Position numbers and translations under genes: made by a program
Notes under the pieces: generated by a model
The model's input: the letters and a program-made list of their open reading frames with translations, nothing else
Databases searched by the model: none
What the model was told of the DNA's origin: nothing
Assembly (NCBI GenBank): GCA_965261005.1
Contig: OZ253375.1
Span: 1,184,001-1,248,000 of the forward strand
DNA from: Deinococcus sp.
GTDB lineage: Bacteria; Deinococcota; Deinococci; Deinococcales; Deinococcaceae
Reading direction: 5' to 3'
Length of the DNA: 64,000 bases
Shown here: piece after piece, positions 54,873 through 64,000 of the stretch
How positions within the stretch are numbered: position 1 is the first letter of the stretch
Layout of the letters: each line of letters starts with the position of its first letter

Positions 54873-55606
54873 TTGCCCCTCCCCTGCCTCAGCACCAAGC
54901 GCACGAACTGTGCCAGGCGCGGGGCGCGCTTCCAGCGGGCGGGGTTGCCGCCCACCCGCCAAAGCCACTCGACGCCCAGGCGGCGGATCCAGCTTGGGGC
55001 GAGGTCGGCGGTGCCCGCCAGCACGTCCAGCGTGCCGCCCACGCCCATGCTGACCGGGACGTTCATGACCCCGCGCCAAGCCTGGGCGAAGGTCTCCTGG
55101 CGCGGGGCGCCCATGCCGATCAGCAGCAGGTGGGCGCCCGAGTCGCGCACCGCCCCCGCCCTCCCCTGCTCCTCCCCGGCCGTGAAGTAGCCGTGCCGCG
55201 CGCCGGCGACCGTCACGCCGTAGCGGGCCGCCGCCTGTCGGGCGGCCAATTCGGCCACGCCGGGTTGGCCGCCCAGAAAATAAACCCGCAGCTTCGCCCC
55301 GTGGCGCACCATCAGGGCGGTGGCGAGGTCGAAACCCGGGGCGCGCGGCACCGCCACGCCCAACAGGCGCCGCGCCGCCCAGGTAATCCCAACGCCGTCG
55401 GCGGTCACCAGGTCGGCGGCGCGCACCGCCGCCGCCAAGCGCTCGTCCGACTGGCCCTGCACCACGATCTCGGGGTTGAGGGTCACGACGGTGTGCGCTT
55501 CCCGCGCCTCCCCGAACATCCAGCGCGACAGCAGGTCGGTGGCGCCGGCGAGGTCCACCGGGTCGAGCGGGTAGGACAGCAGGCTCAGGCGCTCAGGGGG
55601 TTTCAT
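54869..55606 (-). CDS. WecB/TagA/CpsF glycosyltransferase
   Basis: TLNPE, ADGVG, GMGAPRQE, GVGGTLD, GVEWLWR. Confidence 0.92.
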   Translation of the reverse strand: MKPPERLSLLSYPLDPVDLAGATDLLSRWMFGEAREAHTVVTLNPEIVVQGQSDERLAAAVRAADLVTADGVGITWAARRLLGVAVPRAPGFDLATALMVRHGAKLRVYFLGGQPGVAELAARQAAARYGVTVAGARHGYFTAGEEQGRAGAVRDSGAHLLLIGMGAPRQETFAQAWRGVMNVPVSMGVGGTLDVLAGTADLAPSWIRRLGVEWLWRVGGNPARWKRAPRLAQFVRLVLRQGRGK

Positions 55607-56328
55607 AGACTGTGCTCGCCCACGTCTTCAAAGGCGTAGACCGGCTGGCCCTCGTACTCCTGCACACCGCTCAGGCGCGGCACGGCCCCGCCGTGCGAGA
55701 TCAGCGAGGCGACCGCCAAGTCCTCGAACAGGCCCAGACGCATGAGTTGCTGGCCGCTGGCGCTTTGGGCCAAAGCTTCCTGCGGATCGGCGTGGGCGCG
55801 CAGCAGCGCTTGGGCCAGGCGCACGCCGGCCCCCGCCTCCACCTCAGCTTGCTTCTCGACGCGGCGGCTCAAAAAGCCGGCGCACACGATGTCCTCTGTG
55901 GCCTCCTCGCCCGCCATGCCCGCGCACACCAAGGCGATCTCGTCTCGCGCGAGCCGCAGCGCCGCCCCCACGACCGCGCGGGCGTTGTAGAAGCTGCCCA
56001 GCAGCACGTGGCGCGCCCCGGTCAGGTGCGCCAGGGCGCGCGGGCCGTTCTCGGTGGTCAGCACCACGCCGCGCCCCAGGTCGGCCCCGCGCAGGTCGTC
56101 CGGCGAGGCGCTGTAGTTGAAGCCCGCCGGCGGCAGCCCCTCGCGCTCGCCGGCCAGCAGCAGGCCCCGTTCGGCGGCCAAACGGCGCGCGGCGCGCAGG
56201 CTGGGCGTGATGAAGAGGCCGGCGCGCTCCAGCACGATAGGGGCGGCGGTGGTGGCGCGCAGCACGTCCACCAGAATCACGACGTCCGGATACTCCCCCC
56301 CCGGCAACAGGTCCACTTTGAGCCGCAT
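55603..56328 (-). CDS. 2-phosphosulfolactate phosphatase family protein
   Basis: VDVLRATT, LAGER, LTTENG, VCAG, EDIVCAG. Confidence 0.85.
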   Translation of the reverse strand: MRLKVDLLPGGEYPDVVILVDVLRATTAAPIVLERAGLFITPSLRAARRLAAERGLLLAGEREGLPPAGFNYSASPDDLRGADLGRGVVLTTENGPRALAHLTGARHVLLGSFYNARAVVGAALRLARDEIALVCAGMAGEEATEDIVCAGFLSRRVEKQAEVEAGAGVRLAQALLRAHADPQEALAQSASGQQLMRLGLFEDLAVASLISHGGAVPRLSGVQEYEGQPVYAFEDVGEHSL

Positions 56329-56443
56329 CTTTCCTCCAGCGGGCTGGGGTCCGGCCCGAGCCGCCATCGGCGTGAATTCTAGCACGCCGCCAAACGTGCT
56401 TTGCGCTGCGTTTTGACCGGGGCACCCCACCAATACTGGCCGC

Positions 56444-57109
56444 ATGTCCGGCGGTTTTCTGCACGACCTGTTGCCCGAGGCGCGCGCCAGCTTGCTCGCG
56501 GGCGCGCGCCGCTCCCGCATAGACCGTGGCGGCCTGATCTACCACACCGAGGACCCGGCCGAAACGGTGTATGTCTTAGAGAGCGGCTGGGTGCGCCTGT
56601 ACCGCATCGGCGCCGGGGCGCGCGAGGTGACCGTGGCGGTCCACGAGGCTGGCGAGCTGTTCGGTACGGCGGGCCTGCACGGCGAGGGCGCGTACGGGCA
56701 CTACGCCGAGGCGCTGGAAAGCTGCGAGGTGCTGGCCCTGGGCGGCCTGACCGTGCGCGAGGTGCTGCGCGCGCGCCCGGAACTGGGCGTGAACCTCAGC
56801 GCCCAACTGACCCGTCAGACCCGCGCCCTGCAAGAGCGGCTGTCCAACCTGGTCTTCATGGAGGTGTCGCAGCGCCTCGCGGGCGCGCTGCTGAGCATGG
56901 CGGCCAACGGCGACGGCGACAAAAAGGCTCTACGCGGCCGGGTGTCGCACCAAGACCTGGCCTACCTGGTCGGCTCCACGCGCGAGACCATCACCAAGCT
57001 GCTGGGAGAATTCAAGGAGCGCGGCCTGCTCGATCTCGGCTACCGCCGCATCGTGGTCCTCAACGAGGCCGGGCTGCGCGACGTGGCGACCCACCCCATT
57101 CACAGCTGA
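56444..57109 (+). CDS. Crp/Fnr transcriptional regulator
   Basis: cNMP domain GELFG; HTH SHQDLAYLVGSTRETITK. Confidence 0.92.
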   Translation: MSGGFLHDLLPEARASLLAGARRSRIDRGGLIYHTEDPAETVYVLESGWVRLYRIGAGAREVTVAVHEAGELFGTAGLHGEGAYGHYAEALESCEVLALGGLTVREVLRARPELGVNLSAQLTRQTRALQERLSNLVFMEVSQRLAGALLSMAANGDGDKKALRGRVSHQDLAYLVGSTRETITKLLGEFKERGLLDLGYRRIVVLNEAGLRDVATHPIHS

Positions 57110-58665
57110 TGACCGCCCGGCCGAAGCTCAGCTTGCCCGCCGCCTACCGGAAAGGTGAACTGGGGGACTTCTTTGAATTTTCTCCCCAGCAGGTGGAGGC
57201 CGCCCTCAGCGCCCCGAGGGACGTGGACCGCCCCGCCCTGTGCGCGGCCCTGCGCGCCTACCACGCTGAGCTTGGCACCCTCAGCGCCGGGGTAGAGGCG
57301 CAGCTCGCGCGCCTGGCGCACCCCAACTCACGCGCGGTGGTCACCGGGCAGCAGGCCGGTTTGCTGGGCGGCCCGGCCTACAGCGTTCACAAAGGGGCGG
57401 ACGCCGTGCTGCTGTCGCGCCACTTCAGCCAAGAGGACCGCCCCCTGGTGCCGATCTACTGGGTCGCCAGCCAGGACCACGACGCCGCCGAGGTGGCGGG
57501 CACGACGCTGCTCGACATGCAGGAGACGCTGCACCGCCTCAAGCTGGAGTTGCCGGCGGGCGTGCCGGTCGGCCGAATCTCCTGGCGACCCGAGTGGACC
57601 GCCGAGGTATTGGATCTGCTTTCGCGCTTCGAGGCGCCGGAAGCTCACAAGGCGCGGGTGCGCGATTTGCTGGAATGGGCAATGGCCGGCGGCAGCTACG
57701 CCGACGTGTTCGCCCGCTTGATGCACGCGCTGCTGGGCGGCGAGGGGCTGCTGCTGTTTGACCCCATGCACCCGGCGCTGGCCCCGCTGTTCGCCCCGGC
57801 CATCGCGCGCGAACTCTCGGACCCACTGGCGGGTCCGGCGCGCGTCGAGGCCGCCGCCGCCAAGTTGGAGGCGCGCGGCTTCGAGCCGCAGCTGCGCCGA
57901 CCGCCGGGGGCGACCAATTTGTTTCTGGAAGGCGAGGACGGCGTCCGGCGCTTGCTGCGCTTCGAGGGCGGCGTTTTTGAAGCCGAGCGCCGCTACAGCG
58001 GGGCCGACCTGCTGGGCGTGCTGACGCACGACCCCGCCCGCCTGACCCCGGCCGCCGGGCTGCGGCCCACCCTCCAAGACGGCGTGCTGCCCACCGCCCT
58101 CCTCGTGGCCGGTCCCGGCGAAATCTCTTACGGCGCCGAACTGCGCGGCGTGTACGCGCTGCACGGCGTCACGCCGCCGCTGTGGTGGCCGCGCCTCAGC
58201 GTCACTTGGCTGGAGCCGCCGGTGGCGCGCATTCTGGGGCGCTTCGGGCTGACGGCCAGCGAATTCCAGCGCGACCCCGAGGAAACGCTGGGCGGGGCGC
58301 TGCTGCGACTGCGGGGCGCCCAGGGGCAAGTCGCCGGGCGCATCGAACAGCTGGAGGCGACCTTTGGCGCGCTGGCGCAAGAGATGCGGGCGTTGGACCC
58401 GACCCTGGTCGGGGCGGTGGAGCGGACGGAGCACAAAGTCTCGGCGCGCCTGGAGCGGCTGCGCGCGCAGGCCGGGCGGGCGCTGCTGAGAAGCGAGGAC
58501 GAGCGCTCGGGGCAGGTCGGCCGCTTGCGCCTGCACCTGCTGCCGAACGGCGCGGCGCAGGAGCGCGAGATGAACTTTCTCAGCTTTATGCTCAAACACG
58601 GGGACGCGCCGCTCGGCAAGCTGCTCTCGCTGGAGCCGGGCTGGACCGGCGAGCTGACCCTGTAG
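57109..58665 (+). CDS. bshC: bacillithiol cysteine-adding enzyme
   Basis: VVTGQQAGLLGGP, WVASQDHD, GPGEISY, PRLS, QER. Confidence 0.92.
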   Translation: MTARPKLSLPAAYRKGELGDFFEFSPQQVEAALSAPRDVDRPALCAALRAYHAELGTLSAGVEAQLARLAHPNSRAVVTGQQAGLLGGPAYSVHKGADAVLLSRHFSQEDRPLVPIYWVASQDHDAAEVAGTTLLDMQETLHRLKLELPAGVPVGRISWRPEWTAEVLDLLSRFEAPEAHKARVRDLLEWAMAGGSYADVFARLMHALLGGEGLLLFDPMHPALAPLFAPAIARELSDPLAGPARVEAAAAKLEARGFEPQLRRPPGATNLFLEGEDGVRRLLRFEGGVFEAERRYSGADLLGVLTHDPARLTPAAGLRPTLQDGVLPTALLVAGPGEISYGAELRGVYALHGVTPPLWWPRLSVTWLEPPVARILGRFGLTASEFQRDPEETLGGALLRLRGAQGQVAGRIEQLEATFGALAQEMRALDPTLVGAVERTEHKVSARLERLRAQAGRALLRSEDERSGQVGRLRLHLLPNGAAQEREMNFLSFMLKHGDAPLGKLLSLEPGWTGELTL

Positions 58666-58719
58666 TTCCCTCAAAATGCTCTAATACGGGCGACCGTGCG
58701 CTCCTCTTTTCCGCGCCAG

Positions 58720-60039
58720 ATGCTGACCCGGCTCGAATCGGGCCGGGTGGTCGTGTACGGCCTGATCGCGGGCGTTTTGGTGGGGGTGCTGGGCAGCGCG
58801 TTGCGTTTGGCGCTGGACGCCCTGACGGGTGGCCTGGCGCAGCTGACGCAGGTCCGCCCGCCCGGCACGCCGGGGGAGGGCGGGCTGCTGATCGCCTTCG
58901 GGGCCGCCCAGCCGCTTTCGCTGCTGGTGGCCGTGCCGCTGCTGACGGCGTTGGCGGCGCTGCTGGGGCCGGGCGGCCCGGACGGCCCCCTGGAGGACGC
59001 GGTGCGCCGCTACCACACGGGCCAGACCGCCCGCTCTTTCCGGGGGGGTTGGCGCTCGCTGCTCGCCACCACCCTCGCGTACCTGTCGGGGGCCGGGGTG
59101 GGCCGCGACGGTCCCTTCACCGCGCTGGGCAGCTTGAGCGCGCGGCTGCTGGTGCGCCTCGCGCGCCTGAGTTCGGCCGAGGCGCGCGTCCTGACCCTCA
59201 GCTGCGTGGGCGCGGCGCTGGGCTTGGTGCTGCACGCCCCCCTGGCGGCGGCGGTCCTGATCGTCGAGGTGCTGTACCGCCGCTTCGCGTTCGAGCTGGA
59301 GGTGCTGCTGCCCGCCGTGCTCGCCAGCGTCGCCGCCTACACGGTGTACGGGGCGCTGCTGGGCTTCTCGCCCCTGGTGGCGCCCAGCGTGCTGCAACCG
59401 CCGGGCCTGGCGCAGACGCCGGGCTACGCCGCCGTGGCGCTGGTCGTGGCCGGCGCCGCTTGGCTGGTGACGAGTTTGCGCATCCGGCTGCCAGACTTCA
59501 AAGGGCGCGCGTGGCACGTCCTATTGAGCGCGCTGTTCGGCGCGCTGGCCGCCGGCCTGATTTGGCTGGTGCCCGAATTGCTGGGCGACGGCAGCGGCTG
59601 GTGGCAGCTGGCGCTGAGCGGCTTTCAGGGTCAGGAAAGCTTGACGCAGGGGGCATTGCGCCTCGTTCTGCTGCTGGGCGTGGCTTGGCTGGCCCTGGGC
59701 GGCACGGTCCTGAGCGCCCTGAGCGCGGGCGGCTTGCTGGGCGCGGGCCTGGCCAGCGTGGCGCCCGCCCTCGGCCTCGACCCGACCGTGGCGAGCCTGG
59801 TCGGCGCGGCGGCCTTTTTGACCACCTCCCACAACGTCCCAGTCGCCGCCACGCTGCTGATCTCGGCTTGGGCGGGGGACGCGCTGCTGCCCGCCCTGTT
59901 CTTGGGCACCCTGCTGGCGCACGCCCTGACCGGCCCGGCCAGCTTGTTGCGCCCGCAGATGCCGAGCCACACGCGCGGCCCGCCGCACGCCGCCCCGCCC
60001 GATCCACCGGCGCCCGAACCGCAAGAGCCTTTGGCATGA
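58720..60039 (+). CDS. ClC-type chloride channel family protein (start uncertain)
   Basis: GRDGP, HAPLAAA..EV; multi-TM. Confidence 0.8.
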   Translation: MLTRLESGRVVVYGLIAGVLVGVLGSALRLALDALTGGLAQLTQVRPPGTPGEGGLLIAFGAAQPLSLLVAVPLLTALAALLGPGGPDGPLEDAVRRYHTGQTARSFRGGWRSLLATTLAYLSGAGVGRDGPFTALGSLSARLLVRLARLSSAEARVLTLSCVGAALGLVLHAPLAAAVLIVEVLYRRFAFELEVLLPAVLASVAAYTVYGALLGFSPLVAPSVLQPPGLAQTPGYAAVALVVAGAAWLVTSLRIRLPDFKGRAWHVLLSALFGALAAGLIWLVPELLGDGSGWWQLALSGFQGQESLTQGALRLVLLLGVAWLALGGTVLSALSAGGLLGAGLASVAPALGLDPTVASLVGAAAFLTTSHNVPVAATLLISAWAGDALLPALFLGTLLAHALTGPASLLRPQMPSHTRGPPHAAPPDPPAPEPQEPLA

Positions 60040-60043
60040 CCCT

Positions 60044-61294
60044 GTGAGCCGAGTTGAGCCAGCCGCGTCCGCCGAGGCCGCCAACTACCGCCTCGGCGTC
60101 CTGAACGGCTGGCTGGCCGCCACGGGGGACGGTTTGATGAACGCCTCCGTCGTGCTGGCCGCCTTCGCGAGCCGCCTCGGCGCGCCGGGCAGCGTGATCG
60201 GCCTGCTGCCGGCCATTCAGGCGGGCGGCTGGATGTTGCCGCAGATTCTGGTGGCCGCGCGGGTACGCGCCTTGCCGTACAAGCTGCCGGTCTACCGCAG
60301 CGCCGCCAGCGTGCGCACGCTCAGCTTCGTTTGGATGGCCGCGTCGAGCGCCCTGCTGATCCGCTGGCCGGCGCTGCTGCTGGCCAGCTTTATCTTCGGC
60401 ATGGTCGTCAACGCCCTCGCCTCGGGCGTGTCGGGCCTCCCCTTTTTGGAGGTCGTGTCCAAGACCGTTCCCCCGGAGCGGCGGGCCGCCTTTTTCGGCC
60501 TCAGGAATTTGGTGGGCGGTCTGCTCGCCTTTGGCGCGGGGCTGGGCGTGCGGCAAGTGCTGGCCTCCAGCGTCGCCTTTCCGTACAACTACACCCTGAT
60601 CTTCGCGGCGGCGACCGCCGTGTACACCGTCGCCTACGCGCTGTTCGGCCGCGTCACCGAGCCGCCCGACGCGCCCCAGCCCACCAGCGATTTGCGTGCC
60701 GAACTGCGCGCCATTCCGCAGACGCTGCGGGGGGACCCCGACTTTCGGGCCTTTTTGGGCGTGCGGCTGCTGCTGGCCTTTGGCAGCCTCGGCGAGCCGT
60801 TTTACGCCGTGTTCGCCCTGCGGCAACTGCACATGCCGCTCAGCATGCTGGGCGCCTTTTTGATGGCCCTCAGCGGGGCGGCGCCGCTGTCCAACTTGCT
60901 GTGGACCCGGGTCGCCCAGCGCCGCGGGTCGCGGCGCATTATCCGCGCCTCGGCGGCGGTGGCTTTGCTCGCCCCGCTGTTGGCGCTGGGCTTGCCGCCC
61001 GCGTTGCTGTCGGGTTCCGGGCGTTGGCTCTACCTGCTGGTCTTCGTGGCGTCCAGCGTCGCCGGGCAGGGCCTCAACCTCGGCAACACCAATCACCTGC
61101 TCAACTTGGCCCCGCCCCTCGCGCGCAGCCGCTACATCGGCACCCTCAACACCTTGGTCGGCGCCGCCCTGTTCGCCCCGGTGCTGGGCGGGGTGCTGGC
61201 CGACACCCTGGGCTACCGGCCGGTGTTCGCCCTGGGCGCGCTGTTGTACGCGGCGGCGTGGTGGCGCTGTAGGGGACTGCGCCGCGACGCTTAA
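60044..61294 (+). CDS. MFS transporter
   Basis: About 12 TM helices; RRGSRR loop; RSRYIG. Confidence 0.85.
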   Translation: MSRVEPAASAEAANYRLGVLNGWLAATGDGLMNASVVLAAFASRLGAPGSVIGLLPAIQAGGWMLPQILVAARVRALPYKLPVYRSAASVRTLSFVWMAASSALLIRWPALLLASFIFGMVVNALASGVSGLPFLEVVSKTVPPERRAAFFGLRNLVGGLLAFGAGLGVRQVLASSVAFPYNYTLIFAAATAVYTVAYALFGRVTEPPDAPQPTSDLRAELRAIPQTLRGDPDFRAFLGVRLLLAFGSLGEPFYAVFALRQLHMPLSMLGAFLMALSGAAPLSNLLWTRVAQRRGSRRIIRASAAVALLAPLLALGLPPALLSGSGRWLYLLVFVASSVAGQGLNLGNTNHLLNLAPPLARSRYIGTLNTLVGAALFAPVLGGVLADTLGYRPVFALGALLYAAAWWRCRGLRRDA

Positions 61295-61300
61295 AGGCTT

Positions 61301-61630
61301 TCACACCCTCACAAACTCGTCCACGCCCAGCACGAACATCACCGCGCCGCCCACCGGCACCTCCACCGGCTCGTTCATCAGCGTTTCGGCCTGCTCGCCC
61401 ACCGGCATGCCCGGCGTGACCAGGCGGGTGCGCGAGCGGCAAGCTTGCGCCACCAGTCTCTTCAGTTCCGGCAAACGTTCGTCTCCCACGCCGATGATCA
61501 AGGTGGTGTTCCCCTCGCGCAAGAAGCCGCCGGTGGTCGCCAACTTGGTCACCTCGAAGGCGTTCTCGCTGAGGGCGCGGATCAGGCCGGCGGCGTCGGC
61601 GTCTTGGATGACGGCCAGAACGAGTTTCAT
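61301..61630 (-). CDS. darA: cyclic-di-AMP receptor (PII-like, DarA/PstA)
   Basis: [36 protein letters not shown]. Confidence 0.88.
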   Translation of the reverse strand: MKLVLAVIQDADAAGLIRALSENAFEVTKLATTGGFLREGNTTLIIGVGDERLPELKRLVAQACRSRTRLVTPGMPVGEQAETLMNEPVEVPVGGAVMFVLGVDEFVRV

Positions 61631-61650
61631 GAGGGCAGTCTAGCAAAATG

Positions 61651-61675
61651 GAAAAGCGCCCCGGAAAGGGGCGCA
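61651..61675 (-). terminator. probable intrinsic terminator of the lipoprotein gene
   Basis: GCGCCCC/GGGGCGC hairpin with a T run on the minus strand. Confidence 0.55.
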
Positions 61676-61689
61676 TGGAACTTTGAGAC

Positions 61690-63567
61690 TTACTGTGGAG
61701 GTTTGACGGCGCTGACCACTTGCTGGTTGGAAAGGTAGATCGAGCCGTCGGGAAAGATGGCCTGGGTGAAGAAGGTGTAATTTCCTTCACCACCAACGCC
61801 GGCGTCCACGACCGAGCTGCTTTGACCGGCCGCTACCTGAGTCTCGTCAAACTTGGTGAAGGTTGACGAGGATGGACCACGCACGAAGAACTCGAGCCGC
61901 GTCCCCGCTGGCATTCCACCCGTAGTCAACGTCACGGTCGTATTGATAAATACGTTTTTAGCACTGGCTGCCAAGGTCACGGGCGAGCCGTTGGGGTCGC
62001 GGGCGATGCGGATGGGCGTTTCTTGAAAGGTGCGGTTGCCGTCCGCATCCTGAGCGATCACGCGCACGGTGTAGTTGCCGTCGGGCAAAGGCGGCGTAGC
62101 GTTGTAATTGAGAGGTAAGGACGTCACGACGTCGGTCGAGCCACCCGTCGCCACAATGTACCGCGAAGGCGTCTTGTCGTCGTCGACAAGCCCGTAAACA
62201 CGAATTTCTACAAACTTCAGTCCGGTGTCATCTGTGGCTTGTGCCGTGACGTAGCCGTTCTTGGAATCCTTGAACACGGCCACCACCCCAGCATTGTTTT
62301 GTTGGGGCGACAAGATCAGCAAGCTGGGGGGCACACGGTTGGTGTTGTTGGTGTTGATGGTGACTTGCCGCGTCACGGTGCTGATTGAGCCGCCACGCTT
62401 CAGCGTAATTTGTGCTTGCAAGAGATAAGTGTCGCTTGCGTACTCGGTGGTATTGAAGCCTTGCGAGGTGGTGTACGTGCCGTCGTTGTTGACGGCCGCG
62501 CCAGCAATAGTTCGGGTAGCAACGATTTTGCCGGTGAAGTCGATCAGGCTGAGCGCGATGTCACCCTGCAAGGTGTACTCGCTGCCCGCGAGCTGCGAGA
62601 TGTTCACCGTCACCGGCACGACGCCCGTCACGGTCGCGGCATTGCCGGGGTTGGTGATGTTGAGCAGCGGCAGCGGCGCGGCGTTGTAGATCGGCAGCGT
62701 GATGGTGTTCGAGGCCGAGGTGGATTTGTCGCTGCCCGTGGCCTGCACCTGCAACTCCAAGTTCACGTTGTTGGGAAACTGCTTGGTGTCCACCGTGAAG
62801 CTGTAGGGCGCCTGGGTCAGCACGGTGGGCAGCAGCACCCGGTTGGGCTGGCCGTTCACGGTCCAGCTCGCCAGCAGTTGCAGCTTGGCGCCGCCCTTCA
62901 CGTCGTCCACCGACACCGGGACGTTCAGCACGTCGCTGTAGCATGAGGGCGCGACCGTGCAGCCGGAGACGGGCGACGGGGTCGGGGTGACGCGCGAGAC
63001 GTCCAGATTCACCTTGGGGGGCGCGAGCGGGACGGCGGGCGTTCCGTCCGTCCCAGGCGCGGCCGTCGCCGCCAGGTTGAAGGTCAGCTTGTTGGAGGTC
63101 CAGCCCACCGAGGTGTTGAACACGTTGCCCGCGAAGCGCACGACCGCCTGTTGGGCGCCCGGATTCTTGGCCAGGAAGTCCGCGAAGAGGTTGGAGCTTT
63201 GGTAGGTGACGGCCACCTTCCGCTCGCCGAGTGTGCCCGCCTGAACACCACAGAAGTAGGTGGCGTTGGCCGCCGCCGCGTCGCAGGTGAAGCCGCTGGG
63301 CACGTCCACGGCCGGCAAATTCACCTCGACGGCCCCAGAGGCGTCGGGCAAGCTGACCAGCGCGCGCTGGACCGTCACGCCCAGCGAGCCTTGCGCGCTG
63401 GTGAAGGTGATGTTCTGCGCGCCGGACGCGGAAGAGGCGTCTGCGGACGTGCTGGCGGCCGTCGCCCGCACGTCCGCCCGACCGCCAAAGGCCGTCGGGT
63501 TGAGACCGCCGTTGCTGCACGACGCGAGCAGCGCGCTGAGGGCCACCACACTGAAAAGCTTGTTCAT
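61690..63567 (-). CDS. surface lipoprotein with Ig-like domains
   Basis: Lipobox LASC; Thr/Val/Asn-rich beta repeats (APYSFTVDT, DGNYTVRVIAQD). Confidence 0.8.
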   Translation of the reverse strand: MNKLFSVVALSALLASCSNGGLNPTAFGGRADVRATAASTSADASSASGAQNITFTSAQGSLGVTVQRALVSLPDASGAVEVNLPAVDVPSGFTCDAAAANATYFCGVQAGTLGERKVAVTYQSSNLFADFLAKNPGAQQAVVRFAGNVFNTSVGWTSNKLTFNLAATAAPGTDGTPAVPLAPPKVNLDVSRVTPTPSPVSGCTVAPSCYSDVLNVPVSVDDVKGGAKLQLLASWTVNGQPNRVLLPTVLTQAPYSFTVDTKQFPNNVNLELQVQATGSDKSTSASNTITLPIYNAAPLPLLNITNPGNAATVTGVVPVTVNISQLAGSEYTLQGDIALSLIDFTGKIVATRTIAGAAVNNDGTYTTSQGFNTTEYASDTYLLQAQITLKRGGSISTVTRQVTINTNNTNRVPPSLLILSPQQNNAGVVAVFKDSKNGYVTAQATDDTGLKFVEIRVYGLVDDDKTPSRYIVATGGSTDVVTSLPLNYNATPPLPDGNYTVRVIAQDADGNRTFQETPIRIARDPNGSPVTLAASAKNVFINTTVTLTTGGMPAGTRLEFFVRGPSSSTFTKFDETQVAAGQSSSVVDAGVGGEGNYTFFTQAIFPDGSIYLSNQQVVSAVKPPQ

Positions 63568-64000
63568 ACCTGTTCCTCCGGTTCGAGATCCTTGAGATAT
63601 GGATTCAAGATGTAGAAAGCGAGCCGCTTCATGCCCGCCAGAAAGTCAACGTTTTCCACCACCGCGCCCCGCCACTCCTCGGCCAGTTCGGCTTCACCGG
63701 CGCGCTCCCCCCCTCGTTCCCCTACCCGTTCCCCCACCCGTTCCAAGGTGCGCGGCTGAATCACGACGGGGGCAAAATTCAGAATGCCCTTGACGCCGGC
63801 CTCGACCAAGCTCTGCGCCGCGTCCTGGGCCTTGTCGGGGGGCACCGCCAAAAAGCCCATGTCCACCACCCTGGTCCGCGTGAAGTCCCCCAACTCCGAA
63901 ACGTGACGCACCTTGAGGCCACGCACGTCCTTGCCGACGACGCCCGGCGCCACATCGAAGAGGCCCACGTAGCTGAAGGCGTACTCGCTGGCCCCCGGAT
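63564..64000 (-). CDS. rex: redox-sensing repressor Rex (5' part outside the window)
   Basis: GLFDV, FLAVPP..AQ, GVKGILNFAP, VENVDF. Confidence 0.88.
   Translation of the reverse strand, partial: PGASEYAFSYVGLFDVAPGVVGKDVRGLKVRHVSELGDFTRTRVVDMGFLAVPPDKAQDAAQSLVEAGVKGILNFAPVVIQPRTLERVGERVGERGGERAGEAELAEEWRGAVVENVDFLAGMKRLAFYILNPYLKDLEPEEQV

Overview
High-GC chromosomal window, very probably from a Deinococcus-lineage bacterium (bshC, cdaA/cdaR/darA, a Rad52/DdrA-like gene, and many TANNNT-N6-ATG leaderless-type starts). It is mostly housekeeping DNA: glmS with a glmS ribozyme, a sugar ABC transporter, kbl, tsaE, def-fmt-tyrA, an ExeM/NucH nuclease, tRNA-Phe, bshC and partial rex. Two defence islands stand out, each with a toxin-like module nested inside a restriction-modification (RM) operon and each damaged by an insertion sequence. 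Island 1 (4218-14005, directly downstream of glmS) is a type I RM operon with a PtuA/PtuB-like ATPase+HNH pair between hsdS and hsdR, the slot PrrC occupies in EcoprrI. Its hsdS is split by an IS4-family element with a perfect 10-bp target duplication. Island 2 (41762-51363, downstream of tRNA-Phe) is an operon of adenine MTase, divergent RelA/SpoT-like nucleotidyltransferase, small putative antitoxin and PLD-SNF2 helicase. Its MTase was broken by an IS630-bounded, low-GC cassette carrying a close EcoRI-like RM pair, and a decayed Pnkp RNA-repair gene follows. All calls rest on motifs read by eye; no database searches were run.
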